Source of the DNA: Thalia democratica
Taxonomy: Eukaryota
NCBI GenBank assembly: GCA_965202585.1
Contig: OZ241832.1
Coordinates: 2,852,001 to 2,916,000, forward strand
Reading direction: 5' to 3'
Length of the DNA stretch: 64,000 bases
The notes under the pieces are model-generated. The model had not been told where the DNA came from. It searched no databases and saw nothing but the letters and a program-made list of their open reading frames with translations. The position numbers and the translations under genes are program-made. Shown piece by piece: positions 1-15,000 of this stretch (position 1 is its first letter; each line of letters begins with the position of its first letter).

Positions 1-3000
1 ATGTAGATAGTTGGGGTGTCTGTAAATTGTTTACAGAATTTAAAAAAAACAGATACTTCAAGAACAAAGAGTTAATCATTGTTTCTAGTCAAAAGATGTT
101 AATTAATATTTCACTTTCGATTTACTTGAAACTGAAAACATTTTTTTCCACAAAATTTATTTTTTCGTAAACAGCAAGAAATAGTTAATTATGAAAATTG
201 AAATTAAAAAAATATTTCAAACATTGCTGAACGTATATATTTGTGGTGGATATGAAATAAGCTGTTTATACAAAAGTATACAAAAATTTAATTAAAAAGC
301 ATAAAAACCGGTGTTTTTGTATGTGTTATTTTAGTATTTTACAAAAACTAAAAAACTCAAGTATATGTTTTTATATACCAAGTTTTTAAAAGACATGTCC
401 TTTGAACAAAAGTATATACGCATGCTAATTTAAGTATTTTTTTTAATGCATACAAAACTTAACTAATGAAAACTTTTTAGGTGAATGATTTTTTAGAACA
501 CAAAGGAATACTGTCTCGTATTAAAATAATTCAAATATAATCTGATTATGGTAAACATTTGGATATTACTGCAGTGCATACTGGGTATTATAAAATAAAA
601 TATTTTAAATAAATACACAATATAAAGAAAGTGTATCAAAAACTGAACTAAGACAGTGTTGAAAGATACAAATTAATTTGCAAATGATGAATTATATAAC
701 ATTTTGAAACAACATATAATTAATTGAAGTACACAAAAATCCCTTAACAAGTAAACAAAAGTCTTGAAACATACAAATTAATTACCAAAAATTTAGTTGC
801 ATAAGATTTTGAAACACTGTTATAAGTTCAAATAAAAATTAAAACCAAGTGTTGAATGATATGAATTAATTATAAAATTTTTACATGCAAACTTTCTATT
901 TATAGAAAACTACCCTCAAGTAGAAATTAATGTTTTGCGCGCCAAATTAAATGTTTCAAGAAAAAACCAAAATATTTTAAACTGAGGTGAGTTAATCTGA
1001 AAACCCGCAAGATCAACTGTTGAACTCAAAAATTAACTTTTTTTTTTATGAACGTGTTGTTTTGTTTTATATTTAAATTTTTTAACAGGCTTTTTATTTT
1101 CAAAATTAAAAAAAAATTCAACAAAACACGTTTAAAGCACGGGTTGATTCTGCACAAAAGAAAAAGTAAACAAATATATTTTGCTGTATTTTACGCTGTA
1201 TTGATGTGTTTGTAGGTGTAACTTTTCAGTTTACGTAACTTCAGCAAATATCACATACAGAGAGTGTAGTGCGACAAGTATTAAGTATACAGTGAGAGTT
1301 TACACTGAACTGAACATGAAAAGTTTTGAAAGAGTATTATCTACAGAATAGTTTTGGGTGTACAATGAAATTTGCAGCATTTTAATTTCAGCGCGTTTTA
1401 TCGGGTTGTTTGTATATTGTTCTAAATATTTTTATCATATTTTTGTAATAAATATTTTTTTGTTAATTAAATTTGTTTATTATTATTTTTATTTCTGAAA
1501 ATAAAAACGAAATTGCATAAAGCTTATCTTACTTATCTTATCACAAAATAAAAAAGCACTTCTATAGATTTAAAAATAAAATTTGCTAAATATTTTCAAA
1601 TTAATTGTAACTCAACTTTAGAATAATATACAAAACATTAATTAAGCTTTATATGAATTTTTATCAACTTTATTTTTTTATAAAATCAAACATGTTTAAA
1701 GTTTATTAAAACATTTAGTTTGTGTAAATTAGCACTTGTTTTTATAATTTAGATTAGAATACTTTAAATATGTTTTATTAACCTTTAGTTGTTAAATGTT
1801 TTTGTTTTGGAAAACTGTAAATAAAAACAATTACACCTGTTTAATGTTTAATAGTTTTCAAAACAAAACTTATTTGTATTAAATTTTTAATTTGTAAAAG
1901 TTTACATCTATATATTGTACTTAAAAAATTTGAACATTTAAAAAAATATATGTATGTAAATTTTTAGAACAAAATTGTATCTAAAAAGACTAAAGTCAAA
2001 CTTAAAAACAAGTTCAAAATAATTAAAGAATAAGTCTGTAAAAACTTTTTATATTTTTAAAGTTTTTATAAAAGTATTTTCAAAGTGTACTACAGGATAT
2101 AAAAATACGTTTGAAACAACAAACACAAAGGCTTCATTTAAGCTTAAAACTGAGTTCAAAATGATTAAATTTGTGAAATATTTTTAATAATTTAATGAAA
2201 TATTTTTTATTATGTGTTAAAAATTCACGTGATTTCGTCTCAGGAAATAAGTACACGTGCTATGAATATGTTGAAAATATTTTATTAATTATTATAAATT
2301 ATTGTAAACTGTATTTGTATTTAATTAATGAATATGTAGAAAAATATTTTATTAATTATTATAAATTATTGTAAACTGTATTTGTATTTAATTAATGAAT
2401 ATGTAGAAAAATATTTTATTAAATATTAGAAAATATTGCAAATTGTATTTGTATTTAACTAATGAATATGTAGGAAAATATTTTATTAAATATTAGAAAT
2501 TGTATTTAGTTATGAATATGTTGAAAATATTTTATTAATTATTAGAAATTATATTTAGTTATGAATATGTTGAAAATATTTCATTAAATATTAGAAATTG
2601 TACTAAGTTATGAATATGTTGAGAAATAATTTTTTAAATATTATAAATTGTATTTAGTTGTAATTATGTTGGAAAATATTTTACTAAATATTGTAAAATG
2701 TACTTTAGTTAATGAATATGTTGAAAAATATTTTAATGAATATTAAAAAATGTTGTATTTGTATTTAGTTATGAATATGTTGAAAGATATTTTATTAATT
2801 ATTATTAAACATTGTGAAATATCAAAAGTATTGTAAATTGTATTTGTACTTAGCTATTATTGAAAAATGTTTTATTAAACATCAAAAATATCGTAAAATG
2901 TACTTTATTTAGTTGAGATAATGTTGGTTGTAATTGTAAGTTATCAAGAGTATTAAAAAATGTACTTGTATTTAGTTATGACTATACTAAAAAACATTAT

Positions 3001-6000
3001 TAAATATTTCAAAAACATTGTAATTAAGAGTACTTGCTAATATAATCTGACATAAGCAACTGAAGTGAATATTCTAATATTGGAAATGTCAGATTATAGT
3101 AGTAAATACTCTTAATAATTTACAATATTTGTAAACACTCTTAATAATTTAAAAATATTTGTAAATACTCTTACTCATCATAAAACTATTTCATGGGGAT
3201 TAGTAGAAGCTATTTTAAATTTGTAAACAATTACCAAGTTCTAGTTTACACAATCAATTAAATTGTTATAAAATTAAACGAAAATAAGTGAGCTGTTTAT
3301 AAAACAACTTCAATCTAAATGACAGAATTAAGTTTACTTTCGCTTTAAATACGTCATAAAGATCAGAAAATGTCAATTACTTTACAAATTTTTAAAACAA
3401 AACTTTAAAAAATTTTAAGAAACAAATAGGTAACAAAAACTAATCTAAGTATTTTGAGTTAACTCAAATTCTCAGTTTCTAAAACCCTATTTAATTTAAA
3501 AATAAAGAAACAAAAGTAAAATTTAATTTTCAAGAAAGTTTAGTTTAAAAATCTCCAAGTATTGTCAGTAAGGCTGAACTTTTATTTTTAAAATCTTATT
3601 TAATTAAAGAAATAGAATAAACAAGTAAAAAATTATAATATTTTGTGAACAAGACTGAAAATATAGTTATACAAATTTTATGTTAAATGTTAAACAGAGA
3701 CGCCCAGAGCAGCTACCAATTAAAATAAGTTTGGTTATTTTTGTAATAAATAAATAAAAAATTGAATTTATTTTTGTAACAAAATAGATAAAAAATTAAG
3801 TTTAAATAAAGCAAACAGCTATATATAACATTTATATCAATATTCAATTGATAAAATTATTTTATCTTTAATATTTTACAGCATAATTGATTTATCTATG
3901 CCGCATTAATGATTTATTTGCAAAATTTAATAAATATAATGCATTTAAAAATAACTGTGGTTTTTTTGCAAAAAACTTGTGAATTTTTATCAGAAAGAAC
4001 TTATGTTTAAGTTGAATTATTTAATTTAATTGAATTTTTAATTTATTTTTTTGGAGCAGCAACTTAGTTGCAATAGAGTAAAAAGTACTACACTTTAATA
4101 GATTTTATTTTATTTTTAATTTAATAATTTTGTTTACTTTTCCTATAGAAACGTGTTAAAAACAACTTGTAAAAATCGAGCTGAAATGCTTGTTTCCGTT
4201 TTAACACACACACGTCTATTTAAACATTGTGCAGAAATTTCAAAACAAGTTTTGTTGTATTAATACTAATTTTGTTACATAAAATATTATTTTAAAAAGT
4301 TTAGAACATTTATACCCTATAAATAAAAACTAATCAAAACGATTCTTAGAAAACATAGTTTTTATTTTCGTTAAAAAAACAAAAATATTTTTGTTGTTAT
4401 GGGTGAACATATAAATAATTGCTTTGTTTCAGTGTATTTTAAAAAACTTTATGTAAGAATTCGGTAAAATATATTTACAGAAAAAACAGTTTAAAAATAA
4501 ATAATTACTCAATTAAAATGTACAAGACTTTTTACAAGTGTTTAAAAAGTTGTTACATATTTGAAGCATGTTTCAATCAACCAAACAATAAATCATTTTG
4601 ATTTCCAGACACGAAGTAATGATCAATTAAATACACAAATTCCAATTCATTATACTTTATACATTAGTTATCATTTTACATGAAAATAAACGCATTTTTC
4701 ACAACAATCAATCAAACAGTTTTTGAAGTAACTTTCTTCAAACGCATGAAGGTTTTTCGAAAGTATTTTTCCAACCAAATACTAACCAGTATAATTAACC
4801 ACTATTTAAATGATGGGGTTTACAAATGCGTACTTTTAATTGAGAAAGTGATTTCCTCAGGATACGTTCGAGTAAACAGAAGAAACCGAGTTTTTCGAAT
4901 ATACTGCCTTGAATAATTAAATCAAGAGATAGTTTCTGCATCACTTTCAATTAAACTTATTATAAAACGATATTTTTCGGTAAAATATGACTAAGAGAGT
5001 TATCCTATAATAATCTCAAAATAATAAGGTAGGAGTTTTACAAAAATAGTATTTTAATTTTTTTTTGTTCCATTAACCACCTTTTAGGTTGAATAAATTT
5101 TCATCAATACACTAGCTTCAATATTTAATCAAAATATAATCTTGTGAATAAGTTAATAATTTAATTAAAGTAAAAACAATTTATACTGACCTGTTTTCCA
5201 TAAACAGAAGAAGTAGATATATCATTCCTGCAAACAAATTTTTATTTTAAATAAGTCAGATGTAAAAGTAGATGTAGCTCTTAAAATTAAGTATACTTAT
5301 ATAGATCTATATCTTTCTTGTTAAAGAACTTTTATTGATTAAAAAGATGTAAAACTAAGTATAGCTTATAAAAAAAAACTTAGTGACTAAGATATATCTT
5401 GTAACTAAAGTCAATCAAATATTTGTATTTCAAATAACTAAAAATGTTTGTTATTTGACTTACGTTTTATAAGTTTAAATGTTTTAAATATATTTAAAAC
5501 ATATAAAAATCCTTGATTAAATGTAACTATGAAGTTTATATATTACTAATTGCACTTTAAGCTATCCTTTTCAAGTATGGTTGCCTTACATTGGTCAATC
5601 TACTGCGAAAAATGTTAAATATTTCATATAATCTTTTCGGAATTTTCAAAGACTTTTCACCTAATATACTTTTAGAACTTTTAAACTGCAGACGACTGTT
5701 TTTTTGTCTGTATATTCAATTAAATACTGGTACATCACAATTAATCAAATCAAACACTTTCTCAGATTTGAAAACTGGGTTGTCTGCCCACAAACGGTAT
5801 ATAGAATATTTAATACTTAAACAATATAAAACGCCCTTGAGTAGCCTGGTAATGACAGTCTAAGCAGATTAATTAGTTTTGTTTCCTTTCCAAAATTTTG
5901 AGACAAACATTTATGCTTGGGAGGTAAGGCTTTTTCAGTAGAAATTGTTTTGTTTTACACTTATATTTAATACCGAAACGAAATGTATTTATACCATTTA

Positions 6001-9000
6001 TATGTGCCCTTAGTATACATTAATAAAATACACCGGAGTAGCTTGGTGATGACAGTCTAAGCAGATTAATTTGTTTTGTTTACTTTTCAAAAATCTGAGA
6101 CAATTTATACTTGGGAGGTATGGCTTTTACAGAAGTAACGTTTTATTTTACAAACATAATTAAAACGAAATGAATTTATACCATTTGTATGTAGCCTAAG
6201 TGCACATTAATGCTGACATACTTCAAGTGTGCAGACATTAAAAAGAATTTTGAAAATATTTGGAAGATTTGTCTACACATTTTAACTAAAATCAGTAAAC
6301 TATAATTATTGAAAAAATTCCTTAGACGCTTTAAAACTAGGTTGTCTATTCCGGAAAAATATTTGAAATATTTTTATCACATTCCAGCCAAATTGTCTAC
6401 TAATAATGACAGATCTAAGCAGATTAATTAGTTTTGTTTCCTTTTCAATCATACGGGATACACATTTTTGTTTATGATGAGGTTGTTCATGATGTTTAAA
6501 AGTTGAATTCTCAAAAAATATTTAAACTATTTTTTTCAAACAAACATTAAAAACACATCCAAGTATCCAGACGTCCGGAAAATGACATGTCTAAAAAAAC
6601 TAACAAACCTGAAAAAAATCAGGATGTATTTTAAACATTTAAGTAAATCTTTTGATAAATTCATGCAAAACACCCACGTAAATTTGTACTAATTTTTGTT
6701 TCACAATATGAGAAGGTAAACTTTAAAAAAACTTAAATAGTTTTTACATTGCTTTTTAATTCATATTAATAACTGTTGGTATGTTTAGAAACTTATTGCG
6801 AAAAAAAATACACAACATATTTAGTCTGCATACTTTAACGCACAAACAGAACTAATAAATCTGATTGTTTTGTCGTTTATAATATGCTTTTGAATTTTTA
6901 TTTGTATTAAGTTCTTAAATCTATGAAAAAATCTTAAATATATTTGAGGACAGACTTTGTTATCAATCAATTTCAGAAATCAACGGTTTGATTTATTGAT
7001 TCCTGATTTCAATTAAAAAACACAGACAAAATTGCAGCTACTGTATAACTGAAAATGATAAATAACATCATTCATCTTTTCAATATTGTTATTATATATA
7101 TATTGTTTTTAAAACTTAAATTTAAAATAAAGACATTAATCTGATCAAGACTGTCATTTTAAATAAAGTTTTGTCGTTTTAGACGTAAAAAGGAAATATT
7201 TTATACAATTATGCGGGTAAAAAACCCAAAAGTTATCAGTTGATGACGTTCACAAACTTGTTTATTTCGTAAATCGGTTAAATTGGTTTTTACTCAATGC
7301 ATTGGTAAAATTATAGCTGTAAAAAGTCTTAAAAAAGTTTTAATTTATAACAAGTTATAAAAAATTAACAACTTTTTCTGATGATTATACTAATTATAAT
7401 TATTAAATTGAAATCCGATTATTTTCATTGTATAATTCTACTTAAGTATATAAATTTCAACTAACATTTGATTGTTGTTCATGATATTATTGTTTTCAGT
7501 AATTATCTGATACTGCAAATATATTTGCTGTTGTTCCAATCTTCTCGCGTAGTTGGTGTCCATGTTGTTTTCTTCAACTTCGTCCGACTGTTTTTTCTGT
7601 TTTCCCTGTATAAAATAAATTAAATTAATAATTGAAACTAAAAATATAAAAATAAATAAATTGTGTTAAAATAAATGATTGTTTCTTCTGTTTTCCCTGT
7701 TAAAAATAAATTATGTGAAAATAAATAATCTAGTTTTTTTTGTTTACCCTGTTAAAAATAAATTATGTTAAAATAAATAATCTAGTTTCTTCTGTTTTGC
7801 CTGTTAAAAAATAATAATCTGCATTGCATCTATTCATTTCAATTCAATGCTTCTATTTTGTTTTTCTAGTTTAAGTGTGAAATTTTGCAGTTTTTATTTA
7901 TTTGTACACTGTTTAAATGTAATTGGTTTTTATAATTAACAAAAGGTTTAAACTTTTCTAAAAAACTAACCTAAAGACATTATTAATTGGAATTTTGATG
8001 TCTAAGGTAGAAAAGTTGCATTTATTTAAAGTATACAAGAAATAATCCATCTTTACTGTTTTAAGGTTTACGCACGGAAAATCAACTTCTTTTGGAAATT
8101 AATAGTGTTGATTGTACTATTTATTAAACAGTTTATAAAAATTATACTTAAACATCCAATGTTTTCGTTACTGATAAAAACAATTAAAAAATTACGTACG
8201 GAAAAAAAAATATTTTTATTATTTTTGATAGTACCAGTTATTTAACAGTTTATAAAAAAATTAAACTTTTTAAATGCAACCGTTGTTTTTCAGTTATTCG
8301 TAAAAATAATTATAATTAATTATAAATAAATTAACAATAAATTAATTAAATAATAAAACAATTTAAAATAATAATACTTGCATGTCTACAATTTACAAAA
8401 TTGACTTATTTAACCATTTCATTTAAAATAAATTAAATTACAAGTACTGACCTGTGTGGGGGGTATGTACTGATGGTACTTGAAAGTTTTTATTTTCGTC
8501 TTCTCCTTCTTCTTGCGCGAACCTGAAGACCGTGATGACGTCATAAAGCTGTTCTTGGACCCCTGTGTGACGTAAGAATAACATCAACATAAACTCAGGT
8601 ACGAATTAGGAAACTTTTTCTAATACATCAGTTGTATAATAACTGAGTTCAGTAAAAAAGAAAAAAGTTTCTTGCGGTCAAGTAAGTATGCTGAACACAA
8701 CATCTATCAAGGTGGATCAATTAATTAATTATTTCATATGTGGTTATTTTAAACACTTCATACATAATTATTTATAGACTATCTACCACATTAATGATGT
8801 ATCACAAAATGTAAAATATTTATAAATACTTTCAAAGCTTTTAATCAGTCTATTCAATGTCTAACTTTTTGTATAATATATTCAAGAATTTTCTGAGTTT
8901 CCAAACAGACACAACTTTATTTTAATTAATCATTAATCTTCACGTTTTTTATATAATATGAACGCAAAAATAAATTCAGTGATAAACTGTACCATCTGTA

Positions 9001-12000
9001 TCTTTTTTATCTAAAAATTTTGACATTAAAGTCACATTTTTTTATACCAACGTACAGGCTACTTTCTAATTACGTCCAACCCAAACATATTTTTAATTAA
9101 AAAACAAAGATCACGTATATTTCACATTTAGACACCTACACATTTTTTCTTGTGTGGGACACAATATTTTTATATTTTAAAAATAAAATTTACACGCAAT
9201 GAGACGTTATACCAACGTACAGATTAAAAAAATTTTGACAAACTTTTAATAAAATAAACTACACACGTTTATTTCAAACGCTTTTGGACGTTTTCAAACA
9301 TTTTGATGTAGGAAGTCGTATCTTGCTATTGTACCAATTTTAATTAAAATAAAAATTACATTTTTTTATGATATCTTACGTGATTTTGCGTGCAGACACA
9401 ATATTTCCAACAACAAAAATAATGTCAATATTATTAAAATAATGTTAAAAAATCCACGTTAAACAGCGCAAGGTACAAGAAAACTATCACGGATGAAATA
9501 TTGTCTCTACGTTATTTATTTTCCTACGTAAGACGAAATATTTCATGGGTTCACGAAGATGTTTGAACGTTGATGGACCAATAATGCGCTGACAAATAGT
9601 TACAAATTGGATTTCATGGAAACTTGTTGTTTTCGCTTGTAAATATTAATTGTTACAAGACCCATTTGTAACGAATTAGGTATTTTTTGTTGAAACAATG
9701 ACCGTGTTTTTGTAAATATCAAAATATTACTTTCATAACCCCGTGTAATTGGTTTTGTTTGGAATTTTTATGTTTCAATTTCTTAGAATTACAGAAGTTG
9801 TTATAATCAATTGCATAAAAAGTTTGTTATTTAACTTCTTATGTTTCAAACTTTTAGAAATGTAACAATTTAGCGTGAGAAGTGAGTTTTGATTGGAAAT
9901 TTTTAATAAATTTTACAAGTTGATAATGTCTATGTATGAGGTAAAAATTAATTTATAATTACATTTAAGCTTTTTAATTACCTCTGTAACAAAAATATCT
10001 GAAATATTGTTTCCAAGAACTTGATTTTGTTTCATCATTAAAATAATATTTACTAAAATAACATGGTCTTTAACACAAAAAACGTTAAAGGAATATTGTG
10101 GATGAAAATTTCTAATTTTTACACTAGTAGTACATCTAACCTTTAGTTAAATATTGCCACTTCGAAAAGTAATAAACCCTATTTGAATAATATTATAAAA
10201 TTTAAGATAGCTGATTTGAAAACCTTAAACTCCTTATAAATATTATCATAAACCAATGTTAGGGAACCTACTTAGATGCGATCTTACTTTTAATACGTTT
10301 ACTTTCCAAAATCTAAAACACTGCCAAAAATAACAGACTACTCATAAAACTTACTTAAAATATAAGTTTAATACTACAAAATATGTATAAAATATTCCAA
10401 ACTTTGGAAGACTGTCTGCTGAGGTAGGGATGCGAACCCTGGTTGAAGAGGGAACTTGAGGACGAAGATTTGCCGTTGTTGAGGTTGAACAAGGATGAGG
10501 ATGAAGAAGATTTGAACAAGTTTGTTGATGAGGAGCTCTTCTTCGGTTTGATGGATTTTGTTGTGTGCTGAGAAAATGTACAGATACAGATTAAAATTAA
10601 TAATTATATAGAAATTAAACTAAAATACGAATAAAAAATACATTATGTCTTGCATTAGTTTGTTGGAATACGCTTTGCAATCTTTTGTGCGTTGAAAACA
10701 TATAGTCAATATGATTGTAATAATTTCAGATATTGTATAAACTTGTCAACACTATTATCAAATTATAGCTTTTCAAGTTTGTAATCTTTTTATCATTTAA
10801 ACTTGTTATTAGAATAGAGTTTCAAATATTACAATAAATAGATTCGATTCTATCATCTATTCCAACATTAAAGATATAAAATTTTAGTTGTTATGCTTTA
10901 ATTTCATTTTCAATAATATACCAGTTGGAGATATGGTAAAAGTTAAACAAATTTTATAAACACTTCTGTTAAGACTTAAATATTAAAAGTAAAAACAGAG
11001 TTTAGAACTGTCTTTTCAAGTTAAAAAAATTAAATATGTTCAAAGAATTTTTTATACAAAATAAATGAAGCATACATTTAAAGCCAATATTATTTCCTAA
11101 GCTGTATTATAAAAAAAATTGGAACTTTTATGAAATACAGACCTAGTCTGTATATTGTAACTATTTTTAATAAAAAGTATTATTGAAGAAGTTTTTTTTT
11201 CAAATACTACACTTTCAAAATACCGAAATTAAAAGAATTTATTTGGTATCGTACACAACTAAAATTTATAAGATTAAATACTTAAAGTACTAAATATTTT
11301 TAACTTAAACTGTTAAATGATTTTATTTTGAAACTATTGTTTGACATAAAACGTTAAACATACACTAGTTTTTCACATTAAAATATTAAAAACTTATATT
11401 TTACAAAGCTTTGAAAAGCCGACTTATTACTGAAGTTCTTGTTTAAAGCATTTTTTCGTGAAAAACTAAAAGGAAGTATATTTTTTGTTTGAAAGTTATT
11501 TTAATAAATTTAATCAATAGAATGCTAGCAACAAAAAAGCCAAGAGTAAAGTTTCCACTTCGGTAAAACATCATATCATGAACAATTTTAATAATTACGT
11601 GTTTTTTAAGATGTTTTCAATGTTATATTTAATTGACTGTAATTGATATTTTTTGAAAGTCTTTTTAAATAAGCACTTGGGTTCTATCAATACTTAACTT
11701 TTATGTTCTTAGAATTTTAAGTACCATTATTTTACACATAAAAATTGTATTAAACATGTTATTATTTATAGTAAAAACTTTACTACTTGTGTAAAGTTAA
11801 TATGAATACATTTTTTAATAAAAAACACACAAATAAGTTTTAAGTTTTTTTTTTTCAATCAAAAACTTGTCAGAAAATTTTTATAAAAAAATGTTTTCTA
11901 TCCACAACCTGCAATTTATTTTCAGTCAAAAAAATTTCTAATTTTTTCTGCAAATGTTCTTTTTTTTTGCAGAATTTTGTATAAAGTCGTAATTCAACAC

Positions 12001-15000
12001 ATACGTCAGTTGAAGCAGACAATAAATAAACAAACTTGAATTATTCACACTTTTATGTGTTTTACGCACAATACATTTCTGACAACCTTATAACGCTAAT
12101 TTGTTGCAATTTTCACCAAATATACAGCTTGCAAATACTTTTTTGAACTTTTTGTTTTCACACTTACTTTTCTTTGTAGTAGTATTCCAAATAAATTTAA
12201 TTTAATATATTTCAAATGTGGTGAATGAAAATTATTTATTTAGACATGGGAAAAGTACGTATGATTTTAATTATTTATATTTTTTTATAAATTTTTCTTA
12301 TGGTGAGTTTTATAATCTAAGAATTCTTGACAATAATATAGCATTTATTTGCAAAAATTAAAAATATATATAACATTTATTTATATTACAAAAAAAGATA
12401 ATGTTTCAATTAGAAGGACCTTGATTTTTGTTTACGTTATGACCTGATGTGACATAAATATAAAAGTAATTTGCAGCAATTATAAAATTATACTGTGTAA
12501 TTACACAAAATACAGATGTTTTAATTGTTATTGGAGAAATTAAATAACAATTTAGAGTCTTTTTAACTTTATAATGGCTGACCAAAATAAAATCGAACAT
12601 CTTAATGGGTAATTTACAAAATTTTTTTTTGTTGTTTATGTTGTACACAACTTGTAAACAAAAGTTTGACATATAACAAAATAAAATTTTATGTAACTGT
12701 TATTTTAATAATTTATATACAACGTTTATAGGAATCTAAGTGAAATGGATTATCTATAATAAATAGTTTTAATAAAACAGTACATGAATTTTGATTGAAG
12801 AATATTTTTTTACATAGACTTTAGTATTATTTGTAAAAACTAATTTACGTTGTAAGTCTATAATATCAAAACTATAAAATTTATTTTACAGAGAATAACC
12901 TTAACATTTTCTATAATTTATTTCATTTGTCGATGTATTAAGTATTTAAATTCTGGGTAGTAATTACTAATACTACAAGGTCACTAGAGTTTAGTAAAAT
13001 TAATTTCATTACAACAGAACATAGTGTAGTGTTAAATATTTGTGGTTTCAAAGATATCTGTAATTTATCAATATAATTGTATATTGCAATAAAGCAGTTG
13101 AATAATTTAAATACTTTTACATATAAAATGAATTAGTTCGTAGTTTAAAATTGATATTTAAATACGTGATTCATTTTAAATTTAACTAGACAGATTAAAT
13201 TTAAATTGGTTTATTGTGTAATAATTATGTTTTATTGTTAAATTTGTATTTCGGTTTTACATTTGTATACAGTCTGCAACGGAAAAACTGTAAACTAAAA
13301 CTGCTATAAATTTTAAATTTTTAAATAGATTAAAGTTGCATTTATAATATTTAATCGTAAAAACTGTAGTACTTATGAAACTATACTATCAAATATTAAT
13401 TTTTATCAAAATTACTTTAGGTTATTGACAACTTAAAAAGTAGCAAAGTAATTTAAAGTTATATCAGCCCTTAAGATAATCAATCTTGAAGCTTATTTTT
13501 AAGTTGAAACAATATTTTTAACTTTGTAATTTACTTGTAGATATATTTCTAGTTATTTACTCAAAAAAAAATCACAGTATAAATAAATATGAAATACATA
13601 CAGTTTTTATATAGCTATACAAGTATTCTGGTCTTTGATAAATTCTAAATTTATTTTTAACTCTATTTAAGTTTGTAAAAATGTTTTGCAATGAAATGTG
13701 AATTATTCTAAAAACCATTTGACTTGAAAACCTTAATACTTTTACGCCAAACAATGTGACGAGTCATTTTATTTTTTAAATAAATAATTCAGCTAACAAT
13801 TTACCACTTGCAATAATTTAAATTGTTCTTTTATGAATAATTCTGTGAATTTTATATTTATAAGGCATCTTGCTCAATTTTCATACTTTCAAAACTTGAC
13901 AATTTTAAACTTAAAAAAAAAACACATTTAACTGTTTTGAACGTGACCGAAAATTTTTGAACATGTTTTGTTATACTTACTGGCAAAAATAACAAAAGTT
14001 GTTGTAAATGTAGAATTATTGGTAACTTTATCCACCTCAACTTTTATGGAAAATTTCGGAGACTTGAAGTGTATCAGATTACAATGCATCAACTATTTAG
14101 TTCGGACCACACCAAAGTAATATGTATGAATAATTTTATTGCAAATGTAAAAATGCCCACAAATAAGTACTTTAAAGGTCAGTATATAAAATTTGAACAT
14201 ATTAAATTAAAATTATGTAAATCTTATAATATTTGTGTTTAAATTATATTAATTTTTGTGTATTTTGTTATGAAACTGAAGGAATGTATAACCATAATTT
14301 TTAAATTTAGAAAAAATACGTTTGGTTTTTATATAAGCTACATTTATTTACTCATTAAATTTAATGTTGGTTGGACAAATCGACAACTTAAAAGAATAGT
14401 TTTAACTGAAAAACTTTTGATCTAATGTTCAGTATGTAATTTAGGTTAAAACTTTTTTAACACTTCAAATAAAAACTTTCAGAAAAAAAAAAACGTTTTT
14501 AAAATAACATACTTAAATTTTATGTCTAGTATTGTTTTATGTACTTAATTATTTTTTACAAGTTGCTTATTTTGAATGAGTTTGGTTCTCAAATTCAACT
14601 TCTTATTTAGAAGACCAACACATCAATCAAGTTAACACAATTGTTTACTTTTTTATTTTTATCATTTAACCGAACTTACTTTATTCAGAACTTGTCGCTT
14701 AAATAATTTATTATTCTTTTCAATTTAAGAACTATAAAAAATTAAACTAGTTTAGTTTATTTTAAATCTAGTCAAAATAAATCTACTCAAAAACTAACAG
14801 CAGTTTGTATTTGAAACAATTTTTTTAAATTTTAACTAGAACTTGTCAGATAAATATTTAATTACTCTTTTTAAATTACTAACTACTAAACTAAACAAAT
14901 TATTATTTTTTTATTGAAACCTTGATATTATATTTAAACTAACAGCAGTTTGTATTTGGAACAAGTTCTGGTTGTCGCCGATGCTCATCTGGTGATTGGA

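Noticed and set aside
5560-5870. Long near-open frames on both strands next to the 197-bp repeat
   Set aside because: The minus frame has an internal stop, no splice-compatible boundaries with MRTF were found, and no protein is recognisable.
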